Program-made: the position numbers and the translations under genes | Part shown: piece by piece, positions 12,980 to 23,217 of the stretch | Layout of the letters: each line of letters opens with the position of its first letter | How positions within the stretch are numbered: the first letter of the stretch is position 1 | Assembly (NCBI RefSeq): GCF_964213995.1 | Contig: NC_135808.1 | Span: 69,192,001-69,256,000, forward strand | Reading direction: 5' to 3' | DNA from: Mustelus asterias | Lineage: Eukaryota | Length of the DNA: 64,000 bases | Notes under the pieces: model-generated | Told to the model about the DNA's origin: nothing | What the model saw: only the letters and a program-made list of their open reading frames with translations | Database searches by the model: none

Positions 12980-13232
12980 AATATTGACCACCAGAACACC
13001 AGAGAAAAAGTCCCTGTTCTCCTTTGAAATAGTGCCAAAGGGTCTTTCATCTCCACTAGGGTGTTGATTCCACATCTCATCTGAAAGATGTCTTATCTGA
13101 CAACACTGTACTTCCTCTGTACTGCACCAGAGTCTCAACCTACTAAATGGTTCAAGTCTCTGGAGTAGGCTTTGAACCCATAACCTACCAACTCAGAGGC
13201 AAGAGTGCCACCACTGAGCCATGGCTGACACC
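12980..13232 (-). mobile_element. DeuSINE (SacSINE1-like) 5' part; its 3' continuation lies at ~10545-10607
   Basis: tRNA-like head (gtcagccatggctcagtggtggcactcttgcctctgag...ggttcaaa on minus) and Deu-domain ttgaaatagtgcca. Split by the RTE insertion. Confidence 0.7.
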
Positions 13233-14674
13233 ATCATGTTGTAAACAATGGCAAGCAAAACTTTGGAAGACTATAGTGCAGTGTGTTATCGTGGAGAACC
13301 AAGGCAGATTTGTGATGTGACAGGGGATATTATGTTGGAGAGCACAATCAAATTAGAAGCAGGCTGGACTTAAGGCTCATAGGTTCAAAAGACTAGAGGA
13401 GTTGAGATCCAGGTGTAATGGCTTCAATTGTGAAATTTGTGAGTTGTAGCTGAAATTTGGAGATGTGAGCCAGCATCAAGAAAGAGCAAACCTGGAGTCC
13501 AGTTCCATAGGCACACACTGGGATTGCATGTCACGATTGCATGGTGTTATCTCAATGATGGGATCCTGAAACTCGTATATTTACACATGAAACATTTATT
13601 ACTAACCTTTAGCTATTCACAGATTCAAGTTATGGGCAGGCATGGTGCTACTACTGCCATGCAGGTAGGCTGCTTACTTCCAGAGTTCTCTCTTGGCTCT
13701 TCTCTCCAGAGTTTCTTACCATGTTACTCTATGCTTCAGACCGTGGCTGGTGCTATTCTCCAATCCCACATTAACCCTTGCTCTGCCGAGCACCTTTGCA
13801 TTACAATGCACGCAGGCACATAATTCTAAAGAAAACTTTCTTCTATGGAGCATTGCAATAAAATTTTACTTGCTATCCCTGCTCCCACATCTTTGACTTT
13901 ATAATTTCAGATGGTCTTAAGACTTGATAGATCTTCCACATTTCCATCTGTCACGTTTGGATGAATGGTAGCAGTGCTCTGTGTTTCTAATACTTGGTTA
14001 TCTCCATTTGATTCACTTTTTCTGCTCCTTCAAGTTGTGTTTCACTTTATTAAAATCTTGTCTGCTTTTTCCGTATACTTTGAGTTTGTTCCATTCCTTC
14101 CAAGCGGAATGTGCATTCCGTCCATTCCGAGAGTTAACTCAAATTTTCATTATCTGCCATGTTCTTGCTGGACTTACACATTTTATAACCTTAATTTTCA
14201 CTTGTTTCACAATTTCAGCCAAGCATTTGTTTGTTGTTTCATTTTCAAATTGTTTTGCTAGCTGATGAATCTTTTCATTCAGCTCAACTTTGCCTTCTTC
14301 CACTGTCTTGAGCTTCAGTGTTGAAATTGTACCTTCCAATCTAAATTCTGTCTTTTCTTTCTCTCTCTGTAACAGATCTTTGTCCCTCTCCTTCATTTTG
14401 TTTTCATGCTTGACCGGACCTGTCTCCAATGAAGTCTTATCTTCTTTCAGTTTTGTAATTGTGCTCCCCTCACAGCCGGGAAAGTTCTGTGACTTTTCCT
14501 TTCAATGTCTCCTCTTTTCCATTCAACTGCTTTTTCAGTCTGTTTCTTGTGGCTTTCTACTTCCTCCTGCAAAATGAAACATTGCTTAGTCTTCTCTGCC
14601 AACTGGTTTGTCAGCTTCTTCAGAGTGATGTTAAATTCATTTTCCTTCCCTATGTAATTTTCCAGAGTGAGATT

Positions 14675-14856
14675 GGGTGTGATTCTCTGGCCTCCCAGTC
14701 GTGTGTTTGCCGCCGGCGGGTGGTGGTATATTGTTTGATAGCGGCAGGATTCTCTGGTTCTGCCGCTGTCATTGGGAAGTCCCAATAACGTCACCCCACA
14801 CTGGTGAAAACCCACGGGCAGGGGTGCACTTCTGACGGGACTGGAGAATCCTGGCC
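14675..14856. mobile_element. Short Harbinger-type MITE nested in the LTR-like element
   Basis: TIRs gggtgtgattctct / ggagaatcctggcc. It interrupts the coiled-coil frame. Confidence 0.65.
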
Positions 14857-16017
14857 ATAAACTTTGCCCTGAGGGATTCTTGTAGCACGTGAAGGTCTTT
14901 CAACAGGTTTTCCTTTTCTTTGCAAAGCTTGCTCGCTTAATCTTGAGTTTTCCTATAATTCAGTAGTCACCTTGAGTGTCTTCCATTATGCTTTCATTCT
15001 GCTATCTAAGGCAGTCTTTATTTCTTCATGTTGCTGAATGCTCATTTGCATTTGATCTTGAAGGACAATCAACTGTTGTTTCAATTCTGGGCTCTCTTGT
15101 TGCCTTTGGTGGAGTTGCCCTCTCCCCGGGATCTCTTGGTGCCCCCATGCTTTATTGAGAGTTTCCCTCGATCTAGGCCTTTTGTTGTCTTTTCATTCAT
15201 TGGGAGTTGCCCTCTTTCTGGGGTCTCTTCTGATTTTCTGTCCAAAGCCCTTTTTTTCTTATAGTTGCTGCTTTAAAGTTCATTATCTCTCGAAAGGCTG
15301 TAGTTGCTAGGATACATTTGTCTTTCCTCTATTTTTCTTTGATGTCTTGTTGCTGGGTAGATCTTTGAAAAAGATTTGTGGGTGTTATATTTTGCATGTA
15401 TCAATGAAGGTATAGCTCTTTCTACTGCGCTGAGCTTTGAACTTGGTTATACCTCTGCTTTAGTTTGGGACAAAATGTGCTTTCCTTGTTTCAAAATGAA
15501 CATGTTTGAAGCTTCTTCCCTTCAGTTGAAAGTGCTTTTCTGAACTAAGATTCCAGCATTTCCAAGTGCTTGGAAGGGTTGTATTCAGAGTCTGTTATAA
15601 CTCTGGAATATTTCCCTCTTTTTAAATGTGCTTTGCAGTTTTCTGTATTTAACTCTGTCAGACTTTGTTCTGTAGGTTTTCTTTTTTTTACGGTTTTTTT
15701 TTAACTGCAGCTGTCTTTCAGCTTCTGTCACCTGCTGAGCCTGTGGGACTGCCACCCATTCTATAATGTAAGCACAGCTTCCCTTTTTCATAATTTTTGC
15801 TCACCGTCCTATGAACTGTATCACTCAGTTCAAGAAAAACTGGTCTTGCAATCTTTTGTGGCGAAGCTTCTTCAGCTGTTTTTTCAGATTTTCTTCTTTG
15901 ATGTGTCTCTCTAGCCTGGCTTCAATTTTGCATAGCTTGAGATGGTGTTCTGGGTTCATGTATTGCCACCTTTCATGTCACCGCAGGTCACCATGTTAGA
16001 TTATGCTATTACTTCTG

Positions 16018-16385
16018 ATCATAGAATCCCTACAGTGCAGAAGGAGGCCATTTGGCCCATCAAGGCTTCACCGATTCTCCAAGAGAGCATCTTACACCGC
16101 CTCCCCCCCCCCCCCCCCCTCCCCCATCCTATCTCCATAATCCCACACATTTCCCCATTAATCGCCCTAACATCTTGGTACACTAAGGGGCAATTTAGCC
16201 TGGCCAATCCACCTAACCTGCACTTCTTTGGGCAGTGGGAGGAAACTGGAGCACCCATAGCAAACCCACACAGGCACAGGGAGAATGTGCAAACTCCACA
16301 CAGACAGTCACCCAAGCCTGGAATTAAACCCAAGTCCCTGGCAGTGTGAGGCAGCAGTGCTAACCGTTGTGCCACTGTGCCTGCC
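16018..16385 (-). mobile_element. HE1-type V-SINE, full length
   Basis: tRNA-derived head with A/B boxes, V domain and CR1-derived tail. Confidence 0.9.
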
Positions 16386-18706
16386 AGTTGCTGCGTGATA
16401 CCTTTTAGAAGCTAATAGGTTCTAATATGGTGCACGATGATGACTCGATCTTGAGACTTGCATATTTAAACATGAATCATTTAGTACTAGTCTTTATTAT
16501 TCACATGTTCCAATTATGGTCATGTCGGCTGCTGCTACTGCCATGCAGGTAGGCTGCTTATTTACAGAGCACTCTCTAGATTGTTCTCTTGAGAGTCTTT
16601 CACCATGTGACTCTGTGCATCATTCTGTGGGCGGTGCTATTCTCCGGTGTGATACTAGGCTTGCTCTGACAAGCACCTTTACATTATAATGCATGCAAGC
16701 ACATAACACAACACAGTACACATGGGATACAACAATGGTTAGACAAAATAGCAAAAGAACAAGGATTGGAAAACTTCAGGGCTGCTAAGAAGGGAATTAG
16801 TTTGAGTGAATTTTGAATCTTGTGTATCAGGCAGCAATAGTGATATGAGTTCATTTGCTGTCGTGAGCATGTCTTGTGTAAAAAGGTAACTAAAAGAATG
16901 ATTATGTTAATTGTTATTATATGGCAGATGGTAATTTCTGAGCTGATGAAAGAGAAAGTTGGACAAGCTATCATAATTTGTAATTTATTATCAAAAGGTA
17001 TCTGCACTGAAGCCAGGAGCAAAAATATTTTATGGAGGCTAAATTTCAAACATTTATTTTAAAAAAATTCAATACACAAGATTACATTTACACAGTTAAC
17101 TACATTCTACAAACATTTCTCAAAATATTTCTGCCCAGTTAAGCTCAGAGCTAAATACCCCTTTCAGGCAACAGTACTCAGAGATTTTCTCCATAAAAAT
17201 TCCAGTGAGGATACCACAAGCATCCACTGTTGCTACAGGGCAGTATCACACTGGTTTCGCCCCCTCTCGTACAATACTGAAGAACCTTGTATCAAACTTG
17301 TATCAAAACCTTGCAGACATCACACTTGTCTTCCCTGAGGTTGGTTGCCAGCTGCTTCCTTCACAGGTCTGTTTCAGCATATATGCTCTTCATGATCTCA
17401 TGGCCACACCCATAAACACACACACACACAAATGTATTTCACAATAAGCCACAGTGATATTGCGAACATATTGAAAAATATATTTCATCGCACAATTTAT
17501 ATGTTGCATAGCTGGAGTGGTCATTGCACTAAGATTTTTAAAATAATCAAAATGGAACTAAATTTGCTCTTTTTCTTCCGAATAAAGCTGTTAATCAACT
17601 GTCCAGAGTTTCATCTCCCAACAAGCAGATATGATTTTAAAGTCCCCAAAGCCTCTTATTCTTCACTATCTTAATGTTTTAATAAAGCTACTATTGGATT
17701 ACTATACATCATGTGAAAGTACACACGATTGGAACATACTGTAGTTGAATGAAGTAACCAAGCAGTTCCATTATCAGATGCAGTGCACAAAAGTAGTGAG
17801 TGTTTTGTTCATGATCCACTAATGAAGCTTTAATACTAACCTCAAGAAGTCTGGAGCAATTGTCTGAATATAACCATAATGAGTCGCATGGCCATTATCT
17901 AAACTTACCGACGAGAATTCCGTGTATGTACTGTGAAATTAGAGAGCTGGATCGCTGTCCAATGTGCATGAAAATATTTCACCTTTCGAACCTCAGCAGC
18001 AATCCTATAAAGGTAATAAGGTGAAATTCTGCAATCTCTGCTATTGCCAACCGTCATCCAAAGAGTGCCAGTGAAATATAACAATACTGAAACATGGGTG
18101 AACCACCATGAGAGGCTTATGTAGACAAATTGTACAGTTACCGTTGACATTAAAATGACTGTTCCAGTTATTTAGTTTCAGCCTGTATGTTATTTTCCTG
18201 CACCTTCAAACGGTTCTGAGTCATACTCTAAAATGTCATCCAGCATCATTTACAAAGGAAAAGATTTTACAGCAGAATTGAAATTCATCAATGTTCATCA
18301 TATTGGCACAGTCATTATAAACTGATGCATTATTAAATATCTGCGGGGCAAACATGCAGTAACTCAGACAAGACTAATGATACAAATGTTATTGATATTG
18401 GGTTGGAAATTTCATTATTGGCCACTTTCATATTTTTCATGTGTAAAGAATGCTATTTAAAATGGCAATGCCTAACTGAGAAGATTGTGAGCAGATTTGT
18501 TGTTTAATTCTACTGGAAGAATCACAGTGCAATGCGTTCATTGCACTTTAGGAATAAATGCATTTTGTGACATTCATAAACTTTTCTTCTTTCTTTTCCT
18601 CTCTATGTTTCCCATTTAGGGGAATCTGCTTCAGTTTGTGAAGGAGATTTTGTTGGCAATGTTATTTCAGGGCCTGGCTCATTTTTACATATGACAACAA
18701 TTATTT

Positions 18707-19035
18707 ATAGAATCATATAATCTCTACAATGCAGAAGGAGGCCATTTGGTCCATCTAGTCTGCACCGACAACAATCCCATCTAGGCCCTATCTCTGTAAC
18801 TCTTCGTATTTACCCTGTTCATTCCCCTGACACTAAAGGACAATTTATTATGACCAATCAACTGAACTTGCACATCTGTGGACTGTGGGAGGAAACCGGA
18901 GCACCCGGAGGAAACCCATGCAGACATAGGGAGAACGTGCAAACGCCACACAGACAGTTACCTGAGGCCGGAATTGAACCCGGATCCCTGACACTGTGAG
19001 GCAGCAGTGCTAACCACTGTGCCACAGTGCCACCC
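18707..19035 (-). mobile_element. HE1-type V-SINE, full length
   Basis: Same structure as the other HE1 copies. Confidence 0.9.
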
Positions 19036-22000
19036 AGTTATATGTGACCTTATAGTGAAATACCAGTTTTAGTCACATTCTGCATTTATATTCTTGTATG
19101 AACAGGGACCTTAGATGGAAACAATGGAATATCTTAAAGCTTTCAAAATCTCGTCACTGAGTTCAAAGGTCAATCTCATTTGTGGTGTATAGATTGTGTG
19201 GCCCCTTGTTTTTCCATTGTATTTCAATGCGGTTGATAGGTTGCATGTTTACGACGCGGAGAGTTATTTAAAAAAACCCATTAATTTTGCCTTTTGGTGC
19301 AGGAAATCCTTGAGGACTCCAAAACTTATTTGTCTGTTTCATTTGCTGACCGTCAGTCTGAGGTGGTTAATACATCTGATAAGTGGGTCACTGTATCACA
19401 ATGTCATTAATTTTCTACAAACAATTGGCTCTGAATATCTAACCCTCTTGTTAAATCACTTACAGTCTATGACCCAAAAGATCATTTATCCTATTTGCAC
19501 TTCCACCACTTTGTTCTGAGAAGACTTGCTACATAAATGATATTACTCTATTTTATTTCTATTGTACAAGAGATAGCAAATAACTGGAAACATTTATTTG
19601 TGCTGATCTTTACTCTTAGCTAAATCACAGAATTATAGGCTCTTGGCACTCATGTCTTTTTAATTTGCTTCATGTAGGTGTAATGCAGGTTTGTACTCTC
19701 TCCATTACGAAAGCTGTCTCAAATAAATATCTCGATGACATAGCAACTGCAATGCACTTAAATATGAATTTCATCAATTTTGTACCCATTAGAATGCTCA
19801 TTTGAATTCTATAACATGCACAATACCAGCTGAATGATGCAATGTCATGCATTTATTACCAAAAGAAAAGGCTCTATTTTATCTCCTGTTGTGTCTGAGC
19901 AAAGTTTAGCTATTGACCTTGACCAGTGTTTCTAAGAAATTGGGATTTTGAATCCTGATAGCACTCAGAATGAATTCAGTGTCCTGAACGGTACACTGTC
20001 AGGGTTAAAATGGCCTGCCATTAATGTTTTTTTTAAGTAGTTGTTATTTGGATCTCAGCACTATATAGCAGCCTGCAGTGCAACATCAATAGTTTTCAGC
20101 ATCATTCGCCTCACTATGGCATCAGCAGGATTGCAGTGTATATGCTAATGATATAATTTATTGATTTTCGTATAGATTGGTGTCCTTTCACTTCAGCATG
20201 TATATATGGGAGAACATTAAGTGAAATGACATATGCATTTATAAAAAGTGAACCGAGCTGCGTCAGTACTGAGTACTTTTTAACTCTTTAAATGTATTGC
20301 AAACAGTTTTGTCATGCATTGCATGGATCAATATAAGCAGGTTCCCATTTTCCAATTCCTCCACAAAACGGGTGCATTATTGGTTTTGAGTGAACTGATG
20401 AATGCGCACCATATGATTTTGTACCTTGTGAACGGCCCTGCTGATTTTTTCAAGCAGCCTTTCTCAGCCTATACTGCTGATATTGAAAACACTACTTACT
20501 GACAGCCTACTGGCAGCTGAGAGTGACTAGGGATGTGGACTATTGTAGATTTATGCCTAAAATTCTTCAGATTGCTGACTAGGATCTCCCTGCATAATTT
20601 GTTGCTATAAAACCTCTAGAGGTGCAATATTAAGGATTAGTACCAGAGCACAGCACCTCACCATCAAATTAAATAAATTGTAAATGCAACCAAATGAATT
20701 TCATTACTGACATTTCCATTAAAATGTTAATTTAAATGCAAAGCCCCTATCTATTCCTTGCCTTTCTTTGACGTCCATTCTTCCCATTTCCTCACACCAA
20801 TCATTGTTATCGGGTACCCTGAGCAGGAGTGCCAATGTCTTCCTGAACACTGGCACCTTTGCACCAAGGACCTCCTGCTTAAATGCCTTTGAATGCCGAG
20901 AAACTGGCAAAGAAGGGAATCTTTTATTTAATCAGTCTGAGTTGAAAGCAAACTGAAATTGCACAGATGAAAGGGGGAAGTATTGACTGTGTTCTTTGGA
21001 TTTTTTTTTGTTCAACGTTTCTATCAAGCCATAAATGTCCTTTTATCCCAGCTGTGTTAATTGTAGATGACATTCAAATCTTGAAAAACCTTATGGGATT
21101 CTTTTTAATGCAGACCATCTTTTTTTTCTGAGTTAGATATTCATAAGCGCATACTCAGCATTTGGTTTAAATTTTATTTGCCACCTAAGTGTAGGACAAA
21201 ATACATTGCCAGCTGGGTGAAATGGAGGACGTTAGTTCTTCCGACACATTAGGATCAGCTGCTGCTTATTTTAGTCGGTTAGCAATTCTTCCCCTTCTGT
21301 CATACTGCACGCTTATAAATCATGTCCAATTGCTTGTAAAATAATATAGCACACATTGGAAAGAATCCACAGAGCTGTCAACATCGGAAAGAAGGAGATG
21401 GGTTAATGTTTGGAATGAGACCTTTCATTTAAGACATTGGTGCATCCATTTGGTCTTGTGAATGGAAACCTGTTATCTTGTATTATTTCTCAACATGCTA
21501 CGGCTCAGATTTTTACTTTTACCTGTGTCAGAGATGCAGAATATAACAACTGCAGTGAGAAATATATGTATTAGGATTGCTTATGATTTGGTGAACTTCA
21601 TAGCTCCGTAATTGTGAGCTTGTGGTATTACAGAGGCTGGTACTCGAGCCTGTCTTCTGAAAAATACATTTCCTTCAGTGAATTTCTACTGATAGACAGG
21701 ATACCTCATTAAGTTAAAATTGGTCCCAATATCCATGGGATAACATTGATTTCACAACATAATCTTGAATTTGACTAATCCTTTAAGGAGCATTAGTTAT
21801 CCCTATTTTGTACAGTTTCAGGTTTTTATGTCACTAACGTTGCTACTGTTTAAGATAGGGTATTTAATTATATAAACTATTAAATTATGAAATGATAAAT
21901 TTCTCACAAAAAAGTTTACATAATAATTCCTCTTTTCCTGCTATCCCAGGCTTGTCTCTGTCTTAGATTAAGACCACAATGTCCCTTTCTATCTCTCTTG

Positions 22001-22060
22001 ATGTCCTCCAGAAAGTCCATCCAGTAACTCATTGATGAACAGCAACACCAAACATCTCAT

Positions 22061-22408
22061 CATAGAAATCATAGAAACCCTACAGTGCAGAAGGAGGCCA
22101 TTTGGCCCATCGAGTCTGCACCGACCACAATCCCACCCAGGCCCTACCCCCACATATTTTACCCGCTAATCCCTCTAACCTACGCATCCCAGGACTCTAA
22201 GGGGCAATTTATTTTTTTTAACCTGGCCAATCCACCTAACCCGCACATCTTTGGACTGTGGGAGGAAACCGGAGCACCCGGAGGAAACCCACGCAGACAC
22301 GAGGAGAATGTGCAAACTCCTCACAGACAGTGACCCGAGCCGGGAATCGAACCCGGAATCCTGGAGCTGTGAAGCAGCAGTGCTAACCACTGCGCTACCG
22401 TGCCGCCC
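22061..22408 (-). mobile_element. HE1-type V-SINE, full length, young
   Basis: CpG-rich copy, with a candidate TSD tctcat at 22055-22060 and 22412-22417. Confidence 0.92.
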
Positions 22409-22415
22409 TGCTCTC

Positions 22416-23053
22416 ATGAATGAAATTTATGCTCATCACCTATTAGCAACTCGACGACGGCAGCCCGGTGAAACGACGGGACAGTACCTGCGCGACCTTC
22501 AGCAGCTAGCCAGAGCCTGCAATTGCAAGCCAGTGTCGGCTACTCAATACACTAACGATCTGATCCGAGATGCGTTCGTGGCGGGAATCGGCTCATCCTA
22601 TATTCGCCTGCGCTGCTAGAGCAAGGTAACTTGGACCTGGCTAAGATGGTAGAATTGGCCGATGCAATGGAAACGGCCTCCAGAAGTCTTGAAACTTACC
22701 CCACCGACCACGTGGGAACATCGTGGCAAGTACAGCCACCGACTCAACTGTACCCGGCGGCTCCTAGGAACTGCGCGATCATGCTCTCGACTCCAGACCT
22801 GACGGCTGCGGCAGCTCCAGGAGGCCCACGGTGCTATTTCTGTGGATTGGCGAAGCACCCTCGTCAGAGATTTCCGGCCAGGATGGTATTTTGCTCCGCT
22901 TGTGGGAAGAAAGGGCACTATGTGAAAGTGTGCCGAGCAAAGCCCCCTTCGAAGCCAAGCAGTGCTGCGTGTGACTCCCCAGGATCTGTCTCCTCGTCTC
23001 GGCTTCGTCGATGTCTTCAACCACGTGCGATTCACGGGCGCTGCCATTCCTGA
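22416..23053 (+). pseudogene. gag: Gypsy gag, frameshifted near 22615
   Basis: HLLATRRRQPGET...LIRDAFVAGI, then zinc knuckles CYFCGLAKH and CSACGKKGHYVKVC. Confidence 0.85.
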
Positions 23054-23217
23054 TGACGACGACGCAAGACACGTGCGACCTGCGGGTGCCGCCACTTTCA
23101 CCGCCATCGACCACGTGCGATCCATGGGCGCAGCCATTTTGGTCGACACCGGCCGCTGAAGACCAGCAGGGGTCCTCGTCGTCGACTATCTCAGCTGCCT
23201 GCAGTTACACTCGGGAT

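Larger units (their letters stand above)
13545..16708 (-). mobile_element. Old LTR-bounded (Gypsy-derived?) non-autonomous element with a decayed coiled-coil ORF
   Basis: Diverged direct repeats ~13545-13823 and ~16427-16708, sharing an exact 26-mer (ctactgccatgcaggtaggctgctta) and minus-strand AATAAA. tRNA-Trp-like PBS TGGTGACC at 15993-15986. K/E/Q-rich heptad ORF fragments inside. Confidence 0.6.

Noticed and set aside
13900-15960. Host coiled-coil gene exon
   Set aside because: Many stops and frameshifts, a MITE insertion and flanking LTR-like repeats; treated as a TE interior.
16340-16385. tRNA-like A/B box sequences here and in the other HE1 heads
   Set aside because: These are SINE heads, not tRNA genes, as they continue into the V domain.
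22251-22619. 122-aa ORF fusing antisense HE1 SINE to gag
   Set aside because: The start is a TTG inside the SINE; a chance in-frame junction with no evidence of expression.
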